A DNA stretch of 64,000 nucleotides from Histomonas meleagridis 2922-C6/04-290x (lineage: Eukaryota > Protista > Parabasalia), in assembly GCA_020184695.1 (NCBI GenBank), contig JAANOX010000007.1, forward strand, positions 90,247 to 154,246, read 5' to 3'. Shown piece after piece: positions 11,378 to 22,298 of the stretch. Position 1 is the stretch's first letter. The number at the start of each line of letters is the position of its first letter. The notes under the pieces are model-generated. The model worked only from the letters and a program-made list of their open reading frames with translations. It was not told where the DNA came from and made no database searches. Position numbers and translations under genes: made by a program.

Positions 11378-12973
11378 ATGATTCAAAGCAATCCTGAAAC
11401 AAATGAAAAAGAAAACAAATCAGATTCATCAAGTAATTCTAAAAGTAGCAAGTCCTCAAAATCTTCAAAAAATCAAGAAGAACAAAAAATTTCAATTCCT
11501 CAAATTATTCCTGCTAGTGAAAATATCTCTAACATTATTAGCGATGATGACCAACTAGAACCTGAAAAAAATACGCAACTTAGCAAGTCATCTTCCAACA
11601 ATGAATTAACTAATAAAAGTAATTCACCAAGTGACAAACAAAAAGACAAGGCTTCATCTATTTCATCTGATAAGGAAAATGAAAATGAATCCAAAGACTT
11701 AACAACAGATAAACCCAAAGATATATCCTCTTCTTCATCTTCAAGCAAAGAAAATGTCATGCCTATTAACCACGCTAATACCACAGGTGAACAACCGAAA
11801 CCAATGCAAAACAATAAATCTGATTCTGATCATTCATCTGATAATGGAAATGAAGAAGCATCTAGTGATGAAGCCAATCCCACCACTGAGGAAGGTTTAG
11901 TTGTATCTGACAATGTACCTCCAATACCGATTCGTCGTGCACCTCCACCACCACGTTATTCAATTGAAGAATTAGACAGAGAACTTAACAAATTCATTCA
12001 CCCCAAACGTGGCAAAAAGGCCGAACAAATTCCACGAGATATGCGACGTCCACTTTTGCAGCATTTATCACGTCGCAAAGTCGAAGCCATTGAGAAACAA
12101 GACTATGACAAAGGCGACCAACTTAACACCGCTCTTATCAACATCCGTAAATCATTACAAAGTTATACTATGCAAACGGATGCGCAAAACGAGCAACAAA
12201 TTACTCGCGCGCGTCTACAAGAAGTTCGTGAAGAATATTCACATATGGAAGATGAATGGGATCATCGACTTAAAGAGTTACAACAAAAAATGGACGACCA
12301 AGAGAAAGAACTTAAAGAGAAACAAGAAAATGAAATAAAAACATTTACTGATGAATGGAATGATCCGAAATCATTAAACGAATTTAATAAGCCATCGCCG
12401 ATTTTGATACAGATTCGGAGCGTCGAAAAGAATATGGCATTGACAGGCGACTTCAAAGGCGCGAAAGCTATGAAAAAACGAGGCGAAGAACTCGAGAAAA
12501 AAGAAACGCGCGAAGCACAAGCGAAAGCTGAAGCTTCAATGCGAAGAGCTTATGCATGTTTAGAACGAAAGCATCAAAGAGAATTAGAGGCACATAAAAG
12601 ATTAGCACATAAGATGAAGTTACAAGCAGAGTTAAAGAAAGAAAGTGAACTTCAGCCGTATATAATGGCAATAAAAAAGTTGGAAATGATGGAAAAGAAA
12701 ACATTAACACAAAAAAGACCGGCAACTGCAGTAATGAGATCCCGTTGTATGACCGCGAGAACTCAAATGAGATTGCCATTGGAAGATAGACCGGCAGTGT
12801 CAACGCCAAGAACAATGAGAAAGTTGGCAAACATTAGAGCAACATCAAAAGCGGAAACGTTACCGATAAAGAACGTTAAGGCAAACAACTTCGTGAAGAC
12901 AACAAGAATGAAACAGAAAAAGAAAGACGACGAAGAGAAAAAAGAAGTGGTGAAAAAAAGATATACATTTTGA
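11378..12973 (+). CDS. Hypothetical protein: Ser/Asn/Glu-rich disordered N-terminus and coiled-coil C-terminus
   Basis: 531-aa ORF with coding-like composition; no family recognised. Confidence 0.75.
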   Translation: MIQSNPETNEKENKSDSSSNSKSSKSSKSSKNQEEQKISIPQIIPASENISNIISDDDQLEPEKNTQLSKSSSNNELTNKSNSPSDKQKDKASSISSDKENENESKDLTTDKPKDISSSSSSSKENVMPINHANTTGEQPKPMQNNKSDSDHSSDNGNEEASSDEANPTTEEGLVVSDNVPPIPIRRAPPPPRYSIEELDRELNKFIHPKRGKKAEQIPRDMRRPLLQHLSRRKVEAIEKQDYDKGDQLNTALINIRKSLQSYTMQTDAQNEQQITRARLQEVREEYSHMEDEWDHRLKELQQKMDDQEKELKEKQENEIKTFTDEWNDPKSLNEFNKPSPILIQIRSVEKNMALTGDFKGAKAMKKRGEELEKKETREAQAKAEASMRRAYACLERKHQRELEAHKRLAHKMKLQAELKKESELQPYIMAIKKLEMMEKKTLTQKRPATAVMRSRCMTARTQMRLPLEDRPAVSTPRTMRKLANIRATSKAETLPIKNVKANNFVKTTRMKQKKKDDEEKKEVVKKRYTF

Positions 12974-13007
12974 TTATTTTGTTAAAAACCTTTTTTGATA
13001 TGATAAA

Positions 13008-13330
13008 TTGTTTTGTTACACTTTTTTGTTGAAGGTTTTTTCAAAATGTGTTAAAAAAGATAATTATGAAATTTTAGCATTTTTGGAAGATAAAGGAATT
13101 GTTAATGCTGATAATATAAACGAATCAGCAAGAAATGGAAATTTTTATCTCCTTAAATATTTAATTCTTCAAAATAATCAAATTCCAAAAATATTTTGCC
13201 ATTTGCTTCAGAATCAGGAAATATTGAACTTGTGAAATATGTTTGAGAACAAAAAGGAATTAATGTTAATGCAAAAAATATTCATTTGAATAATTTGAAA
13301 TATGTTTTAATAATTTGGAATATGTTTGAT
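13008..13330 (+). pseudogene. Decayed fragment of the same ankyrin family, including a remnant spacer
   Basis: SARNGNFYLLKY...SGNIELVKYV*EQKGINVNAKN, followed by attcatttg...atttggaat. Contains a frameshift and a stop. Confidence 0.65.
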
Positions 13331-13786
13331 GATGGTAATAAGTAACAAAAGTTAGAGTTTATGTGAAAAAAAAATAATTTGCCAATCATCAATGACTTCA
13401 TGTCTTCTTTCACAATGTTAACATTATACAATCCATTACACGTTTTATTTTCAATTATTCCGTTTTGGTAAGTCCAAATGAAGAAATTTCATTATGTTAT
13501 TCCTGATATATATTTCCCCATTCATTACTTATTGATGATGTATAATCATTATTCGAACGTTCAGTAATTCCTTCAATTTATAATAATAAGAAGCATTATG
13601 TTAGAAAGTGAATATATGAACTGAGCTTAGTGAACGAGCACGAATAATAATAAGTGGAGAACGTTTGATTTTTTTATTGTACGATTAAAATGCACTCAAA
13701 AATTTTATTAACAGCGGGTCGAAGAAAAATGTCACATTTTTTATGAAGTTAACTGTTCGAGTGGCTGCTTACGTTTATCAAAAAAG

Positions 13787-15217
13787 ATGAAAAATAACAA
13801 TTTAAACGATCTAATAAACCAAAATGATCCACAAATAGAAAAGATATTAACAAACCCTTCGTTTGTTCCAAGGTTAAAATTAAATGATAAAAAATTGCAA
13901 AATTTTTTGGTCAATAAATTTGATGAAATTTACACTTATATTTTTGAAACAAAAGTTATACCAAGATCTGCATATGCTTCGTTTTATTTGATAATGCAGA
14001 GTTTAAAGCAAAACATAAAAGAAAAAATTTTCAAGAATTCCAAATTTATTGATTTTTATAAAAATTTTCCTAAAAATATTAAAAACTACTCTCCTCCGAA
14101 GCAAGACATCTTTTTCGACATTATCCAGTTCGTCTTACCAAATGATAAAAACGATTCAAATTTATTATTTGATAATAAATCCGAATTTTATATAGAACTA
14201 CTTTCAAAATGTGATTTAGATACTGTAGCTGATTATTTGATTTCTCTGATAGAAGAACAAGATAAAAATTTTCTTTCGATAATTCACGATATTAATTTCT
14301 TTGACACTATTTGTAAAAATATCATTGGAAGTTCCAAACTTAGCACAAATTCTCAAAAGATTTTACAAGTTTGTCTTAGTAATGGCCTTGAATCCAACGT
14401 AATATCATCCTTAACAAAAGATAATTTCATATGTAAATTTATAGATTTTGCCACAGACACATGTGATAGACAATGTCTTTCTCTAGTACAAAATTTCCAT
14501 GCCAAATCACATTCTAAAAATCACAAAGTCGAATGGAAGAATGTTCGACTTTCTATTTCAAGGCGAAAATCTAAATTTGTTTCCATTATTTTAAACTCAG
14601 AAAAGTTTAATGAATCTGTGAATTATTCTCTTCTTATTTTGTGTCGGATGCTTCGAACTAATAAAAAACTTTTTAATGGTTTTCCTGCAGTTGTTTCTAA
14701 ACTTTCAAATGATTTTTTCCATTTCCCAACAAATTCATTTTTACATAATTCCGTTTTAAGCATGTTTAAGGTAATGAATAAAAAGATGTTGTTGACGGAT
14801 GAACTTGTTAAGGAATTTGGAAATGCATTAATTAAAGCATTCGAAACAAAACACCAAGAAAAAAATAAATATATGTATTGGGGACAAGCGCGAGAAATTT
14901 TTTATATAATTTTTCCATATTTAAAACTGTTTGATCCAGAAAAAATTGGATTAATTAAAGAGGAATTTGATAGAGAAGAAAAAATAATAAAAGACAAAAC
15001 GCCAATAAATATTGTGGAATTTAAGAAAAATAAGAAAACGAAAAGGAAAAAGAAAACTGTTTATATAAAGAAAGTAAAGAAAACGAAAAATGAGAATTTA
15101 GAAAAGAAGAGATCAATGATAGAGTTATTACTATTAATACTACTTCTGATAATTTCATTGATCGTTTTGTTTTTTGCTAATCATCTTAGATTGCGAATCG
15201 AATGGGTAAATTACTAA
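13787..15217 (+). CDS. Helical-repeat hypothetical protein (possibly SAPS/SIT4-associated-like) with a C-terminal TM helix
   Basis: 476-aa ORF; FFHFPTNSFLHNSV segment; basic stretch, then hydrophobic LLLLILLLIISLIVLFF. Confidence 0.55.
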   Translation: MKNNNLNDLINQNDPQIEKILTNPSFVPRLKLNDKKLQNFLVNKFDEIYTYIFETKVIPRSAYASFYLIMQSLKQNIKEKIFKNSKFIDFYKNFPKNIKNYSPPKQDIFFDIIQFVLPNDKNDSNLLFDNKSEFYIELLSKCDLDTVADYLISLIEEQDKNFLSIIHDINFFDTICKNIIGSSKLSTNSQKILQVCLSNGLESNVISSLTKDNFICKFIDFATDTCDRQCLSLVQNFHAKSHSKNHKVEWKNVRLSISRRKSKFVSIILNSEKFNESVNYSLLILCRMLRTNKKLFNGFPAVVSKLSNDFFHFPTNSFLHNSVLSMFKVMNKKMLLTDELVKEFGNALIKAFETKHQEKNKYMYWGQAREIFYIIFPYLKLFDPEKIGLIKEEFDREEKIIKDKTPINIVEFKKNKKTKRKKKTVYIKKVKKTKNENLEKKRSMIELLLLILLLIISLIVLFFANHLRLRIEWVNY

Positions 15218-15795
15218 ATAAATGTAATGTTTGTTGTTATATAATTTTTATATTTTTATTTGATAAAAGTTAAAAACATATTGTCATTTGTTGCAATTAT
15301 TTTTATTGAACATGTAAGAATTAAAAAATATAAAAAGTAAATTTTCATCAAAAAACTAAATCATTTCATACTATCAATTTTTTGTTTGAATAAACGCAAT
15401 AGAAAGAAAATAGATGAACTTACATTACATAATTATTAATACTATAAAATTGCATTAGGAAAATAATTTTTGTGTATTTCTTTTTTTATTGTTATTGTAA
15501 TCAAAACAATATGAAGAATTTTTGCTGGATCAAATACTTAAACCATAATTAATTATTATTTATCATAGAATTATAAAAATTATATTTTGAACTTAAAATA
15601 AAATTAATAACATATTTATAGGCAACATTTGAATGAAAAGCATTTTCATGTTAAACTTTCAATTTTTTCTCAATAATTAAAATTCTTGCTTAAATAAAAA
15701 TCTAAATCAGACGAATGCTACAATTAAGTTTCATAAAAAAAATCACAACATTATAATTTATGCAAAAATTAATAGTGGAATCTCTAAATAGATTT

Positions 15796-17169
15796 TTACT
15801 GCTTATTTTTATGTTTGCCTTCTATTATTTTATCCAACAGCATTGCGTTTGCCTTAATCACATCCTTTGCCGGCATCACACCTAAGTAAGCAGTGTACAA
15901 TTCGTATACTTCTACTCCGTTATCATTTAGCTTTCCCTGTAAATACTTTATGAACTTTGTGTATGACTCTGTTTCGCCAGAACTGTTGTACTTACTTAAA
16001 ACGCTTTTATCCAAAACAACGTTTTGACCTTTTGTGTTTCGCACAACAATTTCATATGTATATTGGAAATGTATTTCATTCCGAAGCGCTGCAATGTAAC
16101 GACTTTGGAACGCTTTAAGTCCAAACGAAACCATATTTCGCTTTATCTTTTCGCATAAGTAATATTGCCTGGCTTCAATATCGTTGTTCGATTTCGGTGG
16201 ATCAATGTTCTCCGGCTCACGATATGTACCATTACTACGGTTGACGAGAATGTAATGAACTATGCCAGTCATATAAATCGATGGCTTCGGCTTATGCTTA
16301 TCTGATAGATATCGATTAAGTTTGGCACAAAAGTCTTTAGATACGGTATGGATCTTATGCGTAAGCTCAGGTGTTGGTTTCTCTTCTTTGGTCACAAAAA
16401 TAAGAACATATGGACTTTTGCCATATTGTATCTTGGAAAGAAAACATCGCTCAACGTTATGGTCAAAGTGAACATTGCCACCCCTGTGAACAATGGAGTC
16501 AGCTGTGGGCTCTTCTATGGGCGCGTTTTCATCAAATGTTGTCGTTCGAGTTTCCATACGTTCAAAAAGTGATATCTGGAAAACATCCCCTGGTTCGAGT
16601 GGTGATGCTGAGGGATTAGTGTAACAAGCAACTATTTGATGATCACGAAATACAATAAATTCAATAATTAATTTTCCTTGATCGCTTTGAATTGGTTCAA
16701 ATAATGGTTGGACTGGAATCTTATCAGTTATGTCTGGAAAGTTTTTATAATACGGAGGGAGCATTAATAGGAATTTGTAATCTTTTACACAAAGTTCGAA
16801 AAATAATTCAATGTAACGAGCATATAGCTCACGAAAAGCAGCGACAATGTTTTTGGACATGAAGTTTTCGAAATGAGCGCCCAGAAGGAAAATAGCTGTG
16901 TCTTTAATTATCTTGAGAAGAAAACCTAAAGCTTCTTCGGAATAATTTTCTTCTGAAACAATAGAAAATAAAATCCCATTCCACATCTTAAGAACAACCA
17001 ATTTATCACCAGCATGAAATGAATTTACATTTTCGCCAAAATTTTGGAAAAGAAAAGCATTGGAATTAATAAGTGTCAAACCTTCTTCATTTCGTGTGTT
17101 CAATGGGTAATATGTTGTTGAGTTTGATATTACTTTAACTGAGTTTTTTGGCGAGAAATTAAAATCCAT
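15796..17169 (-). CDS. Putative Mon1/HPS1-like longin-domain trafficking protein
   Basis: 457-aa ORF with a longin-like beta/alpha pattern (KLVVLKMWNGILFSIVSEE..EEALGFLLKII) and C-terminal YELYTAY. Family assignment is by recollected similarity only. Confidence 0.4.
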   Translation of the reverse strand: MDFNFSPKNSVKVISNSTTYYPLNTRNEEGLTLINSNAFLFQNFGENVNSFHAGDKLVVLKMWNGILFSIVSEENYSEEALGFLLKIIKDTAIFLLGAHFENFMSKNIVAAFRELYARYIELFFELCVKDYKFLLMLPPYYKNFPDITDKIPVQPLFEPIQSDQGKLIIEFIVFRDHQIVACYTNPSASPLEPGDVFQISLFERMETRTTTFDENAPIEEPTADSIVHRGGNVHFDHNVERCFLSKIQYGKSPYVLIFVTKEEKPTPELTHKIHTVSKDFCAKLNRYLSDKHKPKPSIYMTGIVHYILVNRSNGTYREPENIDPPKSNNDIEARQYYLCEKIKRNMVSFGLKAFQSRYIAALRNEIHFQYTYEIVVRNTKGQNVVLDKSVLSKYNSSGETESYTKFIKYLQGKLNDNGVEVYELYTAYLGVMPAKDVIKANAMLLDKIIEGKHKNKQ

Positions 17170-17635
17170 GGATTCCTAATTTTTTATATGGATCTATCGG
17201 CATGTTTCCCCCTCAAAAACGATCGAAAAGTATTCAATAATAGTTTAGAACCTTCATTTTAAAAACTTTACATATGATTTTTGTATTCCGACATGCATAT
17301 CGGTTTTGCAACGATCAAATTTGATTGAATTATTTTTTTTTAGAAATCATAATTTCCTTCTTTGTGTTTGATTTTTAGTGTTGTATTTGATTTATTTTTT
17401 TTGCAAATTTCTAAGTGCATGTTCAACAAATTTGTCGCACAAAAATTTGTATATGTTTAAGCATCTCTCTTAAAAATAAATACAAATAAATTGATAAACA
17501 ATATAATATGGTTTAAAGGATACTCAATTTTTTTTGTCTGAAACTTCAATGAACTTTACATTATTTTTTCAATTGATTTATCATTACTCAAATATTTATA
17601 AATACTTCTTAAATATTTTTTCAAAAATGTTTATT

Positions 17636-18316
17636 TCACTCAATCAATAAAATTGGATATTTTCCTTTTGGATACAACATTTCGCATTCATTGAGGAAGT
17701 ATCCCCATTCAAGCTCAGATGTAATTTGAATTGTGTCATTCTCAAGGTCCATAACGCTGATCTTTTTGAAGTTTGGTGCAAGTTTGTTAAAATATTCAAT
17801 TGCTGATTCGTATGAAATTCCTTTTGGTAGTGATGTGAAAATTGCATAGTCGCGTGTATAAGGCGCAAGTTTAAATTGAAAAGTATCATCAGATTTTTGA
17901 ATTTCTTCGATTAAATTAAGTTTTGTAAATCCACTTAATTCTGCATTTTTAAGAATAAGGAAATTTATCGAACCTAAATTACTACCAAAGTATTCCCTGA
18001 AACAACAAATAACATCACGATCATTTCGTATCCATATTTTGAAGCGTGATTTATCTTCATATCCAAAGACTGCCGTTTTTCCTTCTTTTTCAGCAACCTG
18101 TTTGAACAACTCTTCGTAGTTACAGTTAGATGAAATGTGACGTTCATATCTTGAAACGCCAATATGGAATTTAATATCTTGTCGAAAAACAACATCATTT
18201 TGCCCACTTTTTTGAGATGGAGACAAAGCATCTAGTTGAACTTGAAGCTTCTTGCTTTTGCTTTCTTCTTCGTTAATTAGTGAATCAACATATGAAAGGA
18301 TTTCGTTGTTGTTCAT
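17636..18316 (-). CDS. Hypothetical protein with an N-terminal coiled coil and two PB1-like domains
   Basis: IKFHIG...YEELFKQV...FGYEDK...WIRND, and a second module with OPCA-like DLENDTIQITSELE. Confidence 0.5.
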   Translation of the reverse strand: MNNNEILSYVDSLINEEESKSKKLQVQLDALSPSQKSGQNDVVFRQDIKFHIGVSRYERHISSNCNYEELFKQVAEKEGKTAVFGYEDKSRFKIWIRNDRDVICCFREYFGSNLGSINFLILKNAELSGFTKLNLIEEIQKSDDTFQFKLAPYTRDYAIFTSLPKGISYESAIEYFNKLAPNFKKISVMDLENDTIQITSELEWGYFLNECEMLYPKGKYPILLIE

Positions 18317-18571
18317 TGATGAAACAATTTGTATTCAAATAACCGGCATACCAAATAAACGGTCATCGCTTAATGCTAAGTCACATCACATTTTCACTAT
18401 TTAAAATTTTCATTTAAAATTAAATACTTTAATGCAAAAGTATTTTTTAATCTTTGGGAACTAAAACAAATTAGATCTCAAAGTCTCAAATTGGTTTAAT
18501 TTTAATAACATAAATGAACTTACAAGTTTAAGCATTTCATAAAATTATCTAAATTAAAGCATTCATTTAAA

Positions 18572-19408
18572 TCATTTTAGAGATTCGACAACAAAATTAG
18601 CAACCGAGCGCTTAACATCTGTTTCCATATTGTTTCCTTGTTCGGTTCCTCTATAGTAGTTCCAAATTTGTGTCAATAATCTGAAATGCAATATTGCTGA
18701 AGCAGCAAGAAATATGGTAACAGCGACACCAAAAACGCCAGTTCCAATATTTTTGTTGGTGAACAGGTTAATTGTTGTGATTAGGCCAACACTTCCACTG
18801 CTATCTAATCCAATAGCTAAAATTGTCTCAAAGAGGCATGTTATACCGACAGATAAAAATATCTTAATGAAAGAAAACGTTCCTGCATTTGTACTAAGTG
18901 CTTTGTAAATAGAAAGTGCATCCAAATCAATTGCTAATGGAACAACAATGAATAAATAAAGAGATGAAAGTGCAATTTTTGAACCTGGAGAATCGACGCC
19001 TTCCTTGACACTAAGTAAAGTTAGTGTTCCAATCCAATTTAATGCAAATGATATTGCCATAACAATCCATGAAAAAAATGCAGAATGAACCATGCCACGA
19101 TTAGCAGGTTCAACTTCTTCGATATCAAAGTGAACAATTGGATAGCAATATGGCCAATTTGGAGCAGGATCATTACTTCCGGTTTGACGTGCTTGAGTAA
19201 TTTCAAGTTCTTGTTTGTTAAGGGAGTGTTCTAAAAGATTTAACTGTTCCTCATATTGTGCAAGTTGTTCTTCTGTAACTTCATTTGAGTTTATTGTGCT
19301 TGATATTTTTGGAGTAGCTATTGGACTTGGAGGAACAGGGTTTGTCACAGGTTTTAAAGGTTCTTCGTTATCTTCGAATGGTGAATAATTATCGAGGTAT
19401 TCGCTCAT
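18572..19408 (-). CDS. SCAMP: Secretory carrier membrane protein (SCAMP family)
   Basis: N-terminal SPF, coiled coil, PNWPYCYPIVHFDI motif and four TM helices. Confidence 0.85.
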   Translation of the reverse strand: MSEYLDNYSPFEDNEEPLKPVTNPVPPSPIATPKISSTINSNEVTEEQLAQYEEQLNLLEHSLNKQELEITQARQTGSNDPAPNWPYCYPIVHFDIEEVEPANRGMVHSAFFSWIVMAISFALNWIGTLTLLSVKEGVDSPGSKIALSSLYLFIVVPLAIDLDALSIYKALSTNAGTFSFIKIFLSVGITCLFETILAIGLDSSGSVGLITTINLFTNKNIGTGVFGVAVTIFLAASAILHFRLLTQIWNYYRGTEQGNNMETDVKRSVANFVVESLK

Positions 19409-19865
19409 GTCGATTTTGTTTTGTAAAGTACATAAAAAGTGGTACTACCGGTGATTTTCGTTGGACAGTTTTCTTCCAATGGAAGAAACTTAATTAAGAT
19501 AATAATTTATGAGCTTTGCTAACTTCTCATTCCCAAAGTATTTGTTTATTCAATTTTCTGCTATATAAAAAAGGTATAATCAAAATTTCAAGCATTAATA
19601 AATTTATAATTATTTTTCCTAGCTATATCTCTGTTACACAAATACTTCAGCAAAGTCAAGTTTTATATCCAAACAAAGTAATACGGAAGTTCTTGTATAT
19701 ATGAAATAAAAACCCAGGAAAACCGTTCTTCAAACAATGTCACTTTTTATTATAAAGTAATAGCATTTGATTAAGTCACTTTGTGATTAAAGTATTCAAA
19801 AATGGGTTCATGAGACCGTTAAATAGGAGAACGTTATTTGTCACAAAGCAAAAAACCGTTTTCAA

Positions 19866-20375
19866 ATGCAAGAAGAAAAAAATTTTGCACCACTTCCTGA
19901 AATCTTTCCTACAAACGACATACCAATGTTAGGCACTGAAACTGAAGAATATTTAAACAGAATGATTTTGGAAGAAATCGATGAAAGAAATAAAATCCAA
20001 AGAGAAATGAAAGAAGATATCTCAAAGTTTTATAGAGCAACTCAAACTGATGTATGTTTTGACCCTACACAAATTGAATTTATGATTCAAGCAAATAATA
20101 GAATTGATGCTCTTCAAAAAAGATTAGAAAAACTTAATAATGGGCAACCATTAAGCCATGAAGAGGTAGAAGAAACAAAAGCGAGGGTTAACGCATATTC
20201 ATCCTTCTTTTCTGATCAAGGAGAATCTCTCTTAAAATCTATCGAATTAATGGAAGCTAAAACCCAACAAATCATTGGAAAGTCAATGCCACATCTTATT
20301 GCTTGCTATGAAAAAGAACTTATTATTAATCACGACAATAGAAAGAAAATATCAGATTTAAATCAACAAAAATAA
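19866..20375 (+). CDS. Hypothetical coiled-coil protein
   Basis: 169-aa ORF; no family recognised. Confidence 0.6.
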   Translation: MQEEKNFAPLPEIFPTNDIPMLGTETEEYLNRMILEEIDERNKIQREMKEDISKFYRATQTDVCFDPTQIEFMIQANNRIDALQKRLEKLNNGQPLSHEEVEETKARVNAYSSFFSDQGESLLKSIELMEAKTQQIIGKSMPHLIACYEKELIINHDNRKKISDLNQQK

Positions 20376-20718
20376 AAATGTTTTGATACACTTACCTACA
20401 CTGCTTGGTTGCTTTTGGTGTTTATCCTTGTTTTATTTAATTTAATAAAAAAATTATTTTGATAGAGATCTCATTCAAAAATAAATTTATCGTTATAACG
20501 TCCACCTACCTAAGGCTACAACCTTTAAGGTACACAAAATATTTCATTTTTTTAAACTAGTTTAAATTTACAAAAACAAATGGAGAAATTTAATTTAAAA
20601 AACATGTGTCATACATAACAAACCAACACTGGAATTGGGGTGCCCGATAATTTCAATGTTTTACTCACCCACCAAATATGCAAAAGTGACATGAATAGCA
20701 AATCATACTTCACAAGTT

Positions 20719-21549
20719 ATGAGAACCAGAAGCGGTGGCAGGAAACCAAAGAAACCAGGGAAGGATGAATATGAAGTAGAAGGTAGTGGTGAAGAAAATG
20801 AACCTATAGATAATGGGGTGGTAGAAGGTGCCAATGATTTAATGTCTCTTCCGATTGAAGTTCTTCAAAAAGAGTTGATAAAGAGAAAGTTCTTTCCACC
20901 AGTAATTTATAAACTCGAAAAGTGGGAACTTTCTAACTTAATTCATGAAATTTCAACTCCTTTTAACGAAGATATGTATGTTATGGGTTTTTATCCACCT
21001 TTACGTCAAACAAAACCTTTGATAACAGATGATGTTGATAATGAAAATGATGATTCTAATTCCGGTTGGAATAATAGTTATTATTATTATAAGACAACTA
21101 ATATCAAATATCCACGAACAGTTATATCCGAACCAATTACATCTATACAATACAACTGGGGTCAACCTAACCAAGAAATCACAGCTGCAGCAGTCGCTGA
21201 AAAAGCAGAAGTATATGAAACACTTCCTATTGAATATAACACACAGCTCCTCAACCACGGTGTTCTCCAGAAATCTATTGATCTTTTGTCAAAAGATGAG
21301 ATTCAAACAATCGTTGAAGACTTTAAGAAGAAAACTGACATCGATAAAATAATTTCGGATTATGGTTTGGAAACAAATGAGAGCATATTTGTTGAAGACT
21401 CACAGTTCAAAGAAACCCAAGATTCTGATGATTCCAGTGATAGCTCATCTAGCGATAGTTCTTCTAGTGATAGCTCATCTTCAAGTGATTCAAGCAACTC
21501 CGATGATTCAGAAAATGAGGATGATGATCATAGGGATGCACAGCTATAA
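20719..21549 (+). CDS. Hypothetical protein with a basic N-terminus and an acidic Ser/Asp-rich tail
   Basis: 276-aa ORF; (SSSD)n repeats near the C-terminus. Confidence 0.65.
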   Translation: MRTRSGGRKPKKPGKDEYEVEGSGEENEPIDNGVVEGANDLMSLPIEVLQKELIKRKFFPPVIYKLEKWELSNLIHEISTPFNEDMYVMGFYPPLRQTKPLITDDVDNENDDSNSGWNNSYYYYKTTNIKYPRTVISEPITSIQYNWGQPNQEITAAAVAEKAEVYETLPIEYNTQLLNHGVLQKSIDLLSKDEIQTIVEDFKKKTDIDKIISDYGLETNESIFVEDSQFKETQDSDDSSDSSSSDSSSSDSSSSSDSSNSDDSENEDDDHRDAQL

Positions 21550-22298
21550 TAAAGCTAGTACTACAATGTTTTGTTGTTTTCTTGAACCACACTAAACGGC
21601 TATGTTGTTCACAAACGTTCTTTTGTAACTTTTTGTGGTGATTTTTCGGTTTTCATTTTGCACAACAAGTATCCTACTGCGTGCAAAAACGTTTCACTCG
21701 TAAAGAAGGATAAAAAACACAAATACCTTTTGAATTTATAGTCAATGTTCTTTTGATTTAAGCAAAGAAAATTTATTATAAACAGTAAAATCTAGATTTG
21801 TTTTATGTGAAAAATGTATTAAACATCAAAATTATGAATATTTTATTTTTTCATTAGGAAAATGAAAATTAAGGAATTAACATTATCATATTATGAAATA
21901 AACTGTTAGGAAATATTTTTCATTTTTTTCTGCAATTTTAAAAAATTAGCAGCTCATAAAATATATTTTAGAACAAAAAGAAAGCCATAAATTTATGCCA
22001 AAGGAATTTTATTTGATCACATGGAAAATGGCAAGAAAACTGTGCGCCCATTAAACAAAAAGCCATAGAGGAAGCTATTGAATCCTTCACTAAAAATATG
22101 AATTTGTTTTCATCTTGAAAACTCAAACCTGTCTCTTGGCTAAATATTTTCGTATCATGATAAAAATTTTCAAAGCTTTTCTTTTGTTTGAGGAAAATTC
22201 TGTTAATTTTTTGTAAAACAATGAAAATTTGTTTCAATACACTGAAAAAATGTTTTGTTCGAACTCCCAGTTTTTGATAGATTTACAAATTTCCCCAG

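Noticed and set aside
21420-21520. Short tandem repeats (AGCTCATCT/AGTGAT)
   Set aside because: Coding low-complexity Ser/Asp tract of ORF 20719-21549.
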